Shown here: positions 40,069-60,800 of the stretch, one piece after another
How the letters are laid out: every line of letters begins with the position of its first letter
Position numbering within the stretch: the stretch's first letter is position 1
From: the human T2T-CHM13v2.0 reference genome, Homo sapiens
Assembly (NCBI RefSeq): GCF_009914755.1
Contig: NC_060931.1
Length of the DNA: 64,000 nt
Strand: one strand, 5' to 3'
Notes under the pieces: generated by a model
Seen by the model: the letters and a program-made list of their open reading frames with translations, nothing else
What the model was told of the DNA's origin: nothing
The model's database searches: none
Translations under genes and position numbers: made by a program

Positions 40069-40503
40069 GTCAAGAAGGAGGCGGGCGAGAACGCCCCGGT
40101 GCTCAGCGATGATGAGCTGGTGTCCATGTCGGTGCGGGAGCTGAACCAGCACCTGCGGGGTCTCACCAAGGAGGAGGTGACCCGCCTGAAGCAGCGTCGG
40201 CGCACACTCAAGAACCGCGGCTACGCGGCCAGCTGCCGCATCAAGCGGGTGACGCAGAAGGAGGAGCTGGAGCGGCAGCGCGTGGAGCTGCAGCAGGAGG
40301 TGGAGAAGCTGGCGCGTGAGAACAGCAGCATGCGGCTGGAGCTGGACGCCCTGCGCTCCAAGTACGAGGCGCTGCAGACCTTCGCGCGCACCGTGGCCCG
40401 GGGACCTGTGGCGCCCTCCAAGGTGGCCACCACCAGCGTCATCACCATCGTCAAGTCCACCGAGCTCTCCTCCACCTCCGTGCCCTTCTCGGCTGCATCC
40501 TAG
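40069..40503 (+). CDS. MAFK: MAFK exon 3 CDS: extended homology region, basic region and leucine zipper
   Basis: Acceptor ccccccag|GTC; [15 protein letters not shown]...[15 protein letters not shown]; TAG at 40501-40503. The two segments total 36+435 nt = 156 aa. Confidence 0.98.
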   Translation, partial: VKKEAGENAPVLSDDELVSMSVRELNQHLRGLTKEEVTRLKQRRRTLKNRGYAASCRIKRVTQKEELERQRVELQQEVEKLARENSSMRLELDALRSKYEALQTFARTVARGPVAPSKVATTSVITIVKSTELSSTSVPFSAAS

Positions 40504-43147
40504 TGCCGGCCGGGGGCGGGGGGTGGCGGGCGGCGGGCGGCGGGCAGGCGGGTGGGGGCACACCCCTCGTACCTGTCACTGGGATGCAGACTCTCGACAT
40601 CCGAGTCCAAGCGCAGGCCCCTCGGGCGCAGGCAGCTCACACCAGGAAGAGACTGTATTGCAGGGTGAAGAGTGGGCTCCCGTGGGCCCAGAGCTGCACG
40701 CCGGTCCACAGACACACTCACGCCCGCCACCTGCTCCCCGCAGGATGTGTCTGTGTGTGGGAATTGGTATCTTGCACCCGTGGGAGTCGGGACATATAAT
40801 GGAAAGGCCCTCGGGAAGTTCCGCGTCCTCTGTGGGGGCTGCCGGAAGACACGGCCCCAGGAGTCAGGCCCCTGTGGTCAGGTCTAGCATGGGGCTTGTT
40901 TTCCACTCCTGCTGTAAGCAGCCTTCGACACCTGTCCTGCCACGGCCTCCCAGCCGGTGCGGGAGCCCCTCACTGCCCTGACCGACTCCGCAGTCCCCGG
41001 GGAGGAGCATGGATGGTGTGTCGGCAGCTCCGTCCTTCCAGCTGTCCCGTTGCAGTGCCCGTGATCCGCGTCTGCCTTAGCAGGGGCCTGCGTGAGTGGG
41101 CACGGTGTGGGAGGTCGCCTGCGTGGGGTGGTGTCTGTGTGTGTGCACGCACGCCTGCCATCAAAGCAGCAGGGCTGAGGGGGTGCAGCTTGCTGGTGTT
41201 CACTGGGGGAGGGCCTGTGGGCACACATGGCAGAGAGAGTGGCTCACACGTCGTGAGGTCTCCCCTGTGCTCTGGTGACCCGAGGAGGTCGTGCAGCACA
41301 GCGCAGAAGCCCCTGCCCACGGGATCCGGCCCCCCAGACACCGACCCCACAGGCCGTCCCGGATCTCAGCGGACACAGGCAGGAGCGCCCCATCATTTGA
41401 CGGTGAGCAGGACTCAGGCTGTGTGTCCTGGAGCTACTTCTCACCAACTGTGGTCAGTGCAGGGGGAACGAGGAGGTCTTTTGGGGGCCTGGCGAGGGGA
41501 AGGGCTGCTGCAGTCTAGGGAGAGGGGGTGCAGCCTGGGGGATGTTGGTGGACATGGATGTGGAGGTGGAAGGAGGAGGACGTTGCGTGGAGTGGTGGGA
41601 GGAGGCGGGAGCCGTGTGCGAGAGCAGGTGGAAAGCCTTGAGGGGCAGGACCAGGATGCAGCTGGCTTGTAGAAGAGCTCAGGAGTGAGCCTGGCACTCC
41701 AGAGGGCGCGGCGGGTGGGGAGGCAGCAGGCACCAGTCCAGGAGAGCTTCGTGGACGTGGCTCCTGCGCGCACACCCCCAGGAGCACAGCCACGGGCTGC
41801 AGGTGTGGCTGGCCTCAGCACTCAGTCCTCACCCGGAGCCTTTGCCTGCTCCTCCTTCCAAGAGCACTGAGGCACCAGTGGGCTTGGCACTCCACCTTGG
41901 GCTTCCTTTTCCTGGAGAGCCGCCTTGAGGGTCCCTCCTGTGACTGGGGTCTCTGCAGCGAGAGCCGCGGGGGTTGCGGAGCCCCTGCCTGGGGGAGCTG
42001 GCGGAATGTGAGCCGCCGGCCGGGGGCCGCCACATAAGACCTGCAAGGTGGTGCCTGGGGCCCTGGCTCCTTCTCGGCTGCCCCTGCCCACCCAGTAACA
42101 GCCCCCACCAGCTACAGAGCCCAGGCGGGTGCCAGCCACGCTGGGAGGGCAGAGGACAGACAGCCCCGGGGCTGCGACTTGGTTCTGTGTCTACTGTTAG
42201 AAGTTGAGTGGGAAGCTGCAGGCCCGCCAGGACCACTGGGTCCCTACAGAGCAAAGGCCTGCGTGTTCCCAAACAGCCGTTGCCCCCGTGGCCGTGGTAG
42301 GTAATCCATATTGGATGTCATAAGGACCAGGGGGATATTTAAAGAGAGAAACAGAAAATATATAGAGATATAAAATTATATTCACAGTTTATCTACAGAT
42401 TTTTCGTAACAATCTTTCTTTTCCAGTTTGATACTGTAAATCTATCAGAGCAGAGCCGGGGGCACGGGCACAGGTGGGAGTTGGGAGCAAAGCGGAGGCC
42501 CGGGCTGCCCGCCGTCCCCCTTCATCTCCCCACGGACTGTACCAGGCAGCTGGGCCCCGCAGGACAGGCCGCAGCGGGTGGCCGGTTCTGTCCCGTCTTG
42601 GGGTTCTTGGTGTCCACGTCTTGTGGGCCGTGGGCTTCTACCTGCCCTTGGCCTGCAGTGCTTTGCTGGAGAAGGGACTCCCTGGTCCCCAGGGTGGACG
42701 GAGCCGCTGTCACCGCCCAGAGCTGGGCCGGGGAAGCACGGTGTGTTCTGCTTTTCTTTTCAGATTGTTGAAATTTCATTGTCATGATTTAATATATGGA
42801 TTTTTTTATTTAAGAAAAAGACGAGGGACTCTTTGTCACGTGGGTTTGTTTTCTGTCTCCGTGCCTCCGGCTTCCCAAAGAGATCCAGGTCTTTGCGTTT
42901 CCAGGGCGTGGGGACCCCGGCCCCCTATGCCGCCACGCCGCCACACCGCCTCACCCTGGCTTCTGTGCTACTTGGCAGTTCCATTTCATTATTTATTTTT
43001 TGTGCTGCTTTTTATCATGATATAAATTATTGAAAACAGATCACATGTGGGCCCGTGTCTGGCCGCCGCCGCCCTGCCCCGTCCCTGCGGCCACCACCTA
43101 ATTTATTGCCGTGCGTCCTGCTGCTGTGACTGCTTTTGTACCTTTGC

Positions 43148-43153
43148 AATAAA
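43148..43153 (+). terminator. MAFK polyadenylation signal AATAAA
   Basis: AATAAA with an upstream TGTA (43137-43140) and U/GU-rich downstream sequence, ending a ~2.65 kb 3'UTR. Confidence 0.8.
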
Positions 43154-43723
43154 GAATTTTCTGGTTTCAGACCCTTTCGTTGCGTAGCTGGTGCTTTCAG
43201 CTGGGGCTTTCTTGGGCCAAGAACCACACCCCCCCCCCAATCCCAGGGGACCCTGCCTGTCCCTCACCGGGGTCAGGATCCGGGCACTACGTGTAAGTGG
43301 CTTTCCCGGACTGCTGGGCCGTGACCGTGAGGCTGGGACAGCCACGGGGGAGGTGCTGGTCAGGTGACCAAGTCCTGGGCTCAGTCTCTGAGGGTCAGGC
43401 CGCAGTCCTGAGTGTCCCCATCTGCCCCACCCGGAGCCCCCTGTCCATGCAGCCTCTCCCTTCCAGTGGAAGGAGCAGAGAGCAGCACGGCTGTCAGTGT
43501 TCCCCTTCCCTGGGAGACATCTCGCCCAGCTTTGCTGGACTCTCAGAGGAGCCTGCAGGAAGCTGTGAGCAAGACAGGGTCTGTCTGGGAGCAGAGAGCA
43601 AAGCGCCCCTGCACAGTGGCCGGAAGCCCGTGGACTCCTCCGAAAAGCCACGGGCCTGCCCGCATGCCGTCCCCACCCCGCCCGGCCTTCCCCGTTTTTG
43701 GGGCTGAGCTGACCGAGGTGTGA

Positions 43724-44057
<334 letters not shown>

Positions 44058-45405
44058 ATCATAATCCCAACTCGCAGCATCTGTGTGGCCTGGGGCCAGT
44101 TCCCTCCTTCCCAGCCTTGCTTCCTGTGAGTTGGGTGTGGAGGTGAGTGTGCAACAGCTGGCACATAGCGCAGTGAGTGTTGAATCTGTGCTGGGGCCAC
44201 AGCAGCCCGAGCTTGTCACTAGCAATGGCAGGGATGGCACTTTCCCCAGCTAAGTCAGACCTCCCTGCAGCCCACCCTGCGGCTCTGGGCCCAGCCTGCT
44301 CCTCCTGGGGGAGCCGACGGGTGTGAGTTGGGGGCACAGAGCCCCAGCCCTGTGTGGGGCTCCTGGAGGCTGCGGACAGACGGGGAAGCTGTGAAAGGAG
44401 ACACCGCCCCGCCCGGCCATGCAGCCTGCACCCGGGCCAGGCCAGGGCCCCCAGGGCTTCCACCCTTTCTTGTGGATGCTGGGGATTTTCAGCTGGACCA
44501 TCTCCCAGAGAAGGATACTGAGGCCAGGAGAGGCTAGAGAGCTTGGCGGGTGCGCTGGGCCCAGATACGCGGCTCCTGCCTGCCTCATGGCCTGCTCCTC
44601 TGTCGGGGCCTGTCACCGGGAAACCCCTTTTTTAGCAGCGATGACGACACTGGAACCACGCTAGTCTCCGTCCCTCCCGCTCACATGCGCCCACGCTCCC
44701 CCTCGAGGCAGGTTGAGCCCCGGCCTGGACCGCCCCACGCTGCCTTCCGTCCACGCAGAGCGGGCTCGGCCCTCAGGGCTTTCCTTCGAGTCGTGTTGGA
44801 AAGAAGCAGAAGCAGCCTCACCCGTGGGGCGGAGGCGTCTGAGGGTCAGGAGGCAGGGAGGAGAGAGGGCCTCTGTGGAGCCGGCTGCCTGGTGTCCAAG
44901 TCCCTGCTCTGTGACCTCAGGCAACTTGCTCCGTCTCTCTGGGCTCGGTCGCTGTCCCAGCTGGCTTGAGCGTTGAGCATGTCAGTTTCCTGGCACAGTC
45001 CTCGGCTGGTCTGAGGGGGCATTTGGCGGAAACTGACTTCTCCCCTGTCCTAAAGTGCAGGCCTGAGGTGTTGCTGACATAGGGGCTCAGCCCCTGACAC
45101 CTCAGCCTCTGCCGCCCGGAGCCCAGGCGGTGTCTGGGTCTCCAGAAAGGGAGCCCTCGGCCACACACCCTCCAAACGCAGATTTGAGCAACTTGACCCC
45201 TATCGGGGTGGCCTTCCCCACGGCAAGGGCAGAGCAGGCCTAGAGCCCAGCCAGTGCCCCCAGCCTCCAGAAACTGCCCCTCGGCAGCAGGTCCCTGGGG
45301 ACCTGCTGACAGAGTGAGACACGGGGGCCGCCTGGTGGGTCTATTCCTGTGGGGATCCAATAAGACAGGTGGGCGTCTTTGCAGCCGTGCAGGGAGGAGC
45401 TCAGC

Positions 45406-45416
45406 CTATCTTATCA
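45406..45416 (-). promoter_or_regulatory. Overlapping double GATA site (TGATAAGATAG)
   Basis: CTATCTTATCA on the plus strand gives two WGATAR motifs. An E-box CAGGTG lies at 45366-45371. Confidence 0.5.
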
Positions 45417-47079
45417 GGCAGCCGGGCTGGGCCCTGCAGACCCACTGGCCTTGGATCCCCATGTCCTCAGCCCAGGAAGCAAGAGGCTGGGAGCTGGCCC
45501 TCTCTAGCCCGGACTCCACTGGTCTGTGCCCGCCCTGCTGAGTCCCTCGGAGACCCCAGGTCCCGCTGTTCCTGGTGACCGTGGCCATGGGTGGGGGGCA
45601 GCACGGGTGGGAGCCGCGGTCCCGGGGTGGTGCCCACTGGAGCTTCCTGTCTGCTCTCCACGCCCAGTGCCTGAGCCCCCCAGGCCTTGCCCACTTCTGC
45701 TGCCCCTGCCCCAGCCCCCACCCAACCTGTGCTGCGGGCCCCAGACACACAGAACTGACTGCCACCTGCAGGCCGGGTCACCGTACTGTCCCCTGACGGG
45801 CCCTGGGCCTGGGGGGCGCCCTGCAGTGACACCCCTCGCCCTGGGCCAGCCGTGTGTCCTCCCAGAAGCCCCCTTAGTCCCTGGGCGGCTACTGTTCTTG
45901 CGGCCGCGATTTCCGAGGCCACTTGCACGCCTCCAGCTTCCTGCGGGCAGGGCACGCGTCCGAGGCTCCTCAAACCCAGGGCCCCACCTGGCACGTGGAG
46001 GAAGAAGAGAAGGGCAGGAGGCAGGTGCCCAGGTGGGAGCCCCCTCTGTGCCCCCTGGGAGTGTCCCCCCCGCCCAGGTACTCAGGGCCCTGCCTTCGTG
46101 GCCTTGTCCGCTCGCCGCGGGTGGGGCTGGCACAAGGCCCGTTTTGGAGGAAGTGGAGGCTCCCAGGAGAAAGGCAGTGGCTGTGATCGCACAGCCCAGG
46201 CTCTGCCCTGCACTGCCCTGGACCACGAGGCTGCCCACCCCAGACAGGTGGGACCCCTTTCCCGCATGCAGACTCTGAGCAGCAGCCTCCTGTGACCCCC
46301 ACCGCGTCCTGCTCCTCAGGCTCATGCCCTGCGGGAACAGAAGCCAAGACCCGGTAGAAAATCCAAGGTGTTTAAATATAAATAAGAGCGATTCCCACAG
46401 CCCCACGGTGCTGGCCAGCCTCACAGGTGCCCGCTGGTTCTGTGACCCATCCCAGGCACACGCTCCCCTGGCTGGGCGCCTGGCCAGGGCTCCCCTGTGG
46501 CTGGCGTGTGGAGACACGTGGGCCCTTCTCCACGTGCCCACGAGGGCCGTAGCAGGCTCCAAGGAGGCCCAGCCCCGGCCAGCCTGTGTGGACCCCGCCG
46601 GCCTGCGGCGCCCGGAGCTGCTGACTGTGTCAGAGCCCGGCTGCCCAGCGCCCCGGCGCCCCTCCCTCCAGCTGCCCAGCCTGGGATCCGTCCGCTGTCT
46701 GTCTCCTGAACCAGGGAGTCTGACCCACTCACAGCTCCCATGGGGTCCGTGCAGCCAAGGCCCCGCAGCCACACTCACTCTCCGCCCCACAGTGGCTCCT
46801 GGGGCTGATGGCTGGGTGATCCCAGGGGGTCCCCAGGCTCTTCCGATTGGCTCAGGTGCCCTCTCCTGCGGTGGCGGGCCCACCTGGGTGCCTGCCAGGG
46901 CCATCAGGTGCCCTGACCCCCTGGCTGGAGGGAGGATGGGAAGTGGGCTCCGAGGGCCTCACAGGTGGGCTCTCAGGAGAGGCCCCACCTTTGGCAGGAG
47001 TTGGTGGGTGGGGGGACCCTGTTCTTCCCCAGAGGCCTGGGCAGCCTGGGTCCCTACAGCACTGGCAGCCCAGGCCCCC

Positions 47080-48086
<1,007 letters not shown>

Positions 48087-48593
48087 TCAGCCCCAGCCCC
48101 AGACGGGGTCTGCAGGGGAGGAAGAGGCCCCAGACCCCGCAGCGGCTCCTCTGACGGGTGCTGTGACCCCGTCCGTGTAGTCTCGTCCCACCCCAGGAGA
48201 CTGAGGTTCAGGGGGGCAGGGCGCCTCCAAAGTCGGGGGTCTCGGCACAGCAGGTGCTCAGGAGCTCTCCCGGGCCCGCCCTGCCACTCCAGCCCCAGAT
48301 CCTGGGCCCGTGCCCTGTCTGGTGGCCATCCTCCTCTGCCAAAGTGGGCTGTCAGTGCCCTGGCCTGGCCCAGGGCCCAGTGGGGGCCAGGATTCAGGAA
48401 ACACCTGGTGTGGCCTCTGTGCGACCTCTCTCCACCTGCTGGCGGGACCTCCCCACTCCCCCGTGCTGGCGGGACCTCTCCACTCCCTCATGCCCGCAGG
48501 TTCTACCCTGGCTTCCAGCTGACCTGTGCTGCAGCTGGAGAAACTGAAGCACGTGGGGGCTGGGGAAAGGGGTGTGAGGTGACCCCAGGCTCA

Positions 48594-49664
<1,071 letters not shown>

Positions 49665-49774
49665 CTAGACTCACCCCAGCCGTGTCCTGTGAGGGGAGGT
49701 CCAGGCCCCCGGCCTTGGCAGGCACCGAGGTCCTTGTGGAGAAGAAGTGGGTACCTGTCTTGGGCGGGGCCCCT

Positions 49775-50590
<816 letters not shown>

Positions 50591-50813
50591 TCACCAGGGC
50601 AGGAGGAGGCTCGGGAGGGGCTGAGCCCAGCAGGCCACACAGCAAGAGGCTCCTGATGGACCCCATCCCCAGCGGGGCAGCCTGAGAGGGTCAGGGTGCT
50701 CCATCAGGGCCCTGCTTTCACCCCAGGCCAGGGCAGGTCCACCGAGCCCCTCTCACGGAGGCTGTGGGGTCAGTCGTGTGTTCCAGGCCTGCCAGCGCCG
50801 CTAACCCTGACTA

Positions 50814-53580
<2,767 letters not shown>

Positions 53581-55219
53581 GATTTTCCATGTTTTCTGTG
53601 AGGATACAACTCAACTACAGGGTCTTTGAGACAGGGTCAGCCGAGCCTGGGAGCTGGGCGCACAGGGGCTCCTGGGGAAGGCCTTCTGGAGGAGGTGCAT
53701 GCGTGGCGGTGGGCGAGCAGAGGCTACGTGCACCTGGCCGCTTGGGGTGCAGCTCAGGGAGTTGGGGGAGGTTGGAGGCAGGAACAGACTCTTATCAGTC
53801 ACACGCTCCCCGATGGTCCCTGGGAGGGACGGCATGACCAGCCATCAGGAGACCTCTCCCGGGGCTGGCGCTGCCTGGCTGGGTGACCTTGACAAGCCAC
53901 TGTCCTCTCCGGCCTCGGTCCTCCCATGTATAAAGTGAGGGGGATCCAGCCACTCTGTGTCCTGCCTGGGACTCCTCACTCAAGGGTGACTCTGGCGGTG
54001 GGCTCAGGGGTGGGACAGGGCCTGAACTCCAGCCCAAGGGGTCTCCATGAGCCCTGTCTTGACTGCGAGGCCCCATGAAGCTAAAGCCACACTACAGCCG
54101 CGCACACACAGCCGGTTCCCAGGATTACAGCGGAAAGACGGCCTCCTCCGGGAAGCCCTCTCTGATGGCCTTACAGGAAGGGCCTGCCTCGGCACTGCCT
54201 CCGCGGCTCTGCACACTCCAGGCCACACTCATACACGTCTACCGTGGGTTCTGGTTATCTGTTCACAGCTCACTGCAACCTTGAACTGGGCTCAAGCGAT
54301 CCTCCCATCTCAGCCTCCCAAGTAGCTGGGACTAACAGTGCAGGCCCCCATGCCCGGCTAATAAGCAGTTAATAAACTGTCACTGAGATGCTCCCTCGGA
54401 GACTTGTGGCCACCGGTGTCCCTGCCTGCCAGTCTCCTGATGGCCCCCTGCCCCAGCTCACCTACAGATCCATTCCCTACACCAGTGCCCCGTGCACCCG
54501 GGAAGCAGCTCTGCCCTCAGCCCAGCCCTCCACAGCCTTCCTGGGCTCCCAGCACCCCCTGAAAGCCACCTCACCGCACTGGGGTCAAGGGCTCTGGACA
54601 AATCCCTGCAGCCGTGTGGCCCTCGCGGGCCTACACACGCACTCCCACCCCACCCCTGCGCACACCGCCCTGGCCTCTCTGTGTATCTGAGTCTCTCAGG
54701 AGGGTCCTGTCCCTGACTCCCTGCCCTCTCTGCCCAGCCCCTGCCCTCGGGCACCACTTCCTCCTTGCCCCTGCCTGGCCCTTCCTTGCCACAGCGCCTG
54801 GCCGCTTCTCTACCTGGGGGCTGTTCTGTTCCCACCTGGGGACTGCTCCGGGTCGGGGGCTGTGTGTGGCTTCGGGCTTGGGGAAGTTGCTTCTCGCCCA
54901 TCTCCTGCACAGGAGTCCCGGTCCCTCTAACAAGCTGTGACCTTTGCTCCCCAGCTCCCTACAGAGCAAAGTCCAACCCCCTGCCAACCTCCCACCAGCC
55001 TTCTCCAGGGTGTCACGCCTCTGGAAGGAGAAGGCCCCTTCCCCTTTCCAGCTATGTGAGCCTGGGAAAGACCTCTGGTCTCTCTGAGACTCAGTCTTCT
55101 TGTCTGTGAAATGGGACCACACTGCAGACCTCAGTGAGCCGAGTGACGAGCCTGTGAAATAGCCAGGGGTGCCCGGTGGGCGCTCTGCCCTCAGCCTGGC
55201 AGAGATCTCCCCATTTTCA

Positions 55220-55792
<573 letters not shown>

Positions 55793-56241
55793 TCAGCCAT
55801 CGAAGCTCACCCATCAACCACCTGCGACCTGAGGGTCCCACCTCAATTCCCCCTTGTAAAACCAGCTTCCAACTCCGAGTCTCAGGCTTGCAGGGAGCCT
55901 GCTTCTTAGGGGACAAAGACCGTCTTCCAGTGGGGCAGAAGAGGGGGAACCCCTGCCGCCCTGCCTGCCCGGGAGGGCTGGGGAGCGGGCGCAGACCAGC
56001 ACTGCCTGCCCCGGCAGGAGGGGGTGTGCAGCCACCCTCATGGGAGGAGCCGGCCCTCACTGGCTCTGGGACCTGTCCACCCACCTGGGAGCCCGGCTTT
56101 GCTGGGGTTCTTGGCAGCCCTGGGTGCCTGTTCCATCTCCCACTAACCTGCTGGGGCCCTGAGTCCACCCTCTCCCACACTCGCAGCCCAGTCCAGCCTC
56201 CTCCTCTCCCTCTGGTCTGCGGTCACAGGGCCCAGCTCTAC

Positions 56242-56400
56242 CTTTGCTGGCAGGAAGCACCTGGCCCAGTCCAGGGAGGCCTGGCCTCCAGGGAAGCCTA
56301 GCTGGTCATTCTCATGGCCACGTGGCCCCAACTGGAGGCCCCACTGTGGGTGCGGCAAGGCCAGGATCTGAAGGGCTGTGCCAGGCTGGGGCGGGGCGGC
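56242..56400 (-). promoter_or_regulatory. TMEM184A: Candidate TMEM184A non-coding first exon / proximal promoter
   Basis: An upstream exon is required because the ATG directly follows an AG. Candidate donor AAAG|GTAGAG at 56242, palindromic E-box GGCCACGTGGCC at 56316-56327, GC box at 56388-56397. Confidence 0.5.
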
Positions 56401-56639
56401 CAGTGCCTCACGTCCCCAGTGGCCCACCTGGGCCCCAGGCTGCAGGCCCGTCCCCTCCTGTCCCCTCCCACGGCTGACACCCTATCCTCCCGGTTGTTTG
56501 CTGGGTGGCAGCTGGCTCCCAGGAACCTGCTGGCCGCCTGGCGCCCTCACCTGCCTATGCCAGACGGCCAGGCAGCTGCCACCTGGTGGGGACACGTGGG
56601 AGAGGTCTGCGGCAGGCCAAGGAGGGCCGGGCTGCAGGA

Positions 56640-57828
<1,189 letters not shown>

Positions 57829-60800
57829 TGTTCCCCTTTTAGAGATGGGAACGAGAGGCGCATCAACGCGTCCAGCATCCTTGAGGGGTCCGTGAGGGGC
57901 CCGGGCTGAGGCCCATCCTTCCCTGGGACACCCTGCCTGCTTTTCCCAACTCCTCCACTGACACTGTCCCTCCAGGGAGGCTCCCAGGTGGGGAACAAGC
58001 TCAGGAAGTCGTGCCCAGCTCTCAGGCCCGCCTTGCCTAACCTCCCCATCAGCGCCCACCCGGGCCCGGGCCCAGAGCCACAGCATGCACACCCTGGCTG
58101 GGCCCTCCTGGAGCCTGCCTGCTCCCCAGGCAGGGACCTTCTGGACCAACCGACCCTGCTCCCGGGTGACTCTGTCCTGCAGCCTCAGGCGTCACCTCTG
58201 GAGAGACCATCCCCGCTGTCCCATCACCCTCCTCACTGTGTGTGTGACTCCCTGTCCACCTGTCTGTGTTTGCTGCTGGTCCTCCCTCTGCAGGAGCTGC
58301 CAGAGCCTAGAGCTGTGCCCTGTCCATGCTCGGGGCACAGGGCTTGCGGGGTGGGGGCTGTCCTGCTGAGGCGGTGACCCTGTGGGCTAAGGTCTCCCTT
58401 TGGCCAGGCAGGGGTGCTGGAAGGCGGTCCCCAACTTCCATCCAGCTGCATTCCCACTGCAGCCACAGGTACTCCTGCCGGCCTCCCACCCGGCCTGCAG
58501 AGCCCCAGGCAGTCGGCTCAGCGCGTGTGGATGTCGCCCTCTGGCTGTGTCGGGATCACCGTCACGGACAACTATGAAGTGACGATGGCTGGGGGCCCGT
58601 TTGAAGGGTGAAGACTTTGGTGCCTGGGCATGCGCAGAGCTGGAAGGGACCGGGAATCCCCTCATCCAACTCGCTCATGCTACAGGCAGGGAAACTGAGG
58701 CCCCAGCCCCTGCTTGATTTGCGTCCAGCCCCCAGCACAGGATGAAGCCTCGGGCCCCTCCCTGGGCTGACGGTGGGAATGGCTGTGCAGACAGCAGGAG
58801 GCAGTGTGGCTAGATGTCAGCAGGACCGTTTTGGCTGGAGCCAGCAGAGCCAGGCTTCTGGGAGGGCTCTGGCTTCGGGCAGGCTCAGGGCTTGGGCCCC
58901 GGACACAGACTGAGGGACCTCCAAAGCTCTGTCTTCCGCCAGAGGCAGATCCTCTGTGGAAAAAGGTGGGGTTTTCTCACAGGGCCAGCTGGGCACTGGA
59001 CAGGGAGGCCTGCTGATCTCCTCAGCCCACAGCTGTCCCGGCTGAGCCAGATGCGCCAGCTCGGGAACCGTGGACCAAGTGTACTGGTCTGGGGATGTCA
59101 GGAGCAGGGCCTGGTCCCCAGGGAGGGGCAGTCGGGAGGTTGACCGCTCTGCCACCTGCTCACAGGGCTCGCCGGCTGATCGAGGCCTCACCCGGTGCTG
59201 GTGTCACAGCCTCTGCGCCCGGTCACAGGAGGCAGCAGGGCCGGCTGGGCCTGATTTTTCTGGCGGGGGCGGGACACTGACCAAGCCCATTGCAGGACAG
59301 ACCTGTCTGCCCAGATCCAGGCGACGGGGCCCTCTGACCATTGTTCACTGCGTCCAGGTGCCCAGAGCTGTGGGGAGGCTGAGAAGCCGCCCAGCCAGTC
59401 CCACACCCTGGCCCTGGCACAGCCACCTCCTCCTGCTCTCATGAGAAACCCGGCTGAGGGCCCATGAGCTGTTGCCTGGTTCCAGGCCGGCTGCCCTGCT
59501 AGTGCCCACCCCGACCCCCTGCCTGCCCGTCTCTCTGCAGATGCGGACAGGCATGGTGTACCCCCCTGCCTGCCTCCTTCACTGCTGGGTGGAACTCGGG
59601 GCGCCCAGGAGCCGCCTCCTCAGGGCTGGCTCATTTGATGTCCCAGGCTGAGCTGCACACTAGGGGGATGAGGTGACCGGTGGGCACCCATCTCAGACAC
59701 CCGGCTTCCCAGGTCCCGCGGCCCTCCCCTGGGGGCCCTGGCCAGCAGTTCACCAAGGCAGCAGCCCCGGGTGTGAGCAGGGGGTGACAGGGATGGGGCT
59801 CCACATCCTCCCGGCTCTGCTTCTGGGATTCCCCCGGCTCCTGTCCACGGGCACGGCCTCCTGAGAGCCGCGTGGGGCGGGCAGGCAGCATGGCCTCCTG
59901 GTGACCCACATGCCCCCTCCTCACTGGGGCCGGGGAGCAGCCCCCACAGCCAGGAGGAGCAGGCCCTGGACCACATGCCACAAGCTGGGGCCTGGCTCTG
60001 GCTGTGTGAGGTGTCTGTGACCTCAGGCAGAGCCTATGCCAGCCTGGGCCTGTCTCCACCGGCAAGAGCTATGCGGCAGGTCAGGGAGGCCGGGCCAGGG
60101 CCTCAGGTTGGCCTCCCTGTCATCTGCCCTTCTAGGGACGTAGGCTGCTGCATGGGAGAGCCAGCCTGGCCAGGCCCTGGGACTCAGCTCCACTGTCTCA
60201 GCTGACCTGGCGACCTGGCAGGTCATAGGGGGACGCTTGCCTCAGCTTCTGACTCTCGAGCAATTCTGTTCTGCCTGAGCCCATCAGCCCCAGATCCCAG
60301 GGTGGGGCCGTCCCAAGGATCTGCTCTCTTCCTCCCATAGGTCTCCCGTCCTGTCCTCCGGGGCCAAGCCCCCACCTCCCTGCTCCTGTCCCTGGTCCCT
60401 CTGTTGCCCCCATCCCCAGAAAGTCACCCAGGGCCTGCCTATACTTGCCTTCACCTGAGGGAGCTGCCAGCCCTGGGCGTGTACGGGTCGGGGGCACCCT
60501 TTCATCTGGAGCCAGGATGGGGGGTGCTCGTCTGGCCTGGACTTGCCAGGCTGGCTGGAGACCCTGTTTGGTGTCCAGGTGCCGTCCTGGGGCCCAGCCT
60601 CTGAGGTGGCGGTGAGGCTTAGGGGTTGGCGGACTGTGATTCTCCGAATTTCAAGGTATGTTTTTTTTTTCGAGGAGCCCCCCACCCCATTGAAGTGCAG
60701 GGGCTCAGCCTGGACACCATACCCCTCTGGTATGCACCCCCTTCCCCCACACACACACTCTCGCACTCCCACACCCACGCAGCTCACCTCCCTGGTGGCG

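Noticed and set aside
45504-46904. 466-aa minus-strand ORF, with overlapping plus ORFs 45526..46278 and 46324..47397
   Set aside because: No true ATG start, G/A/P/R-rich, no recognisable domain, and lies in or antisense to the very GC-rich TMEM184A 3' exon where stops are rare.
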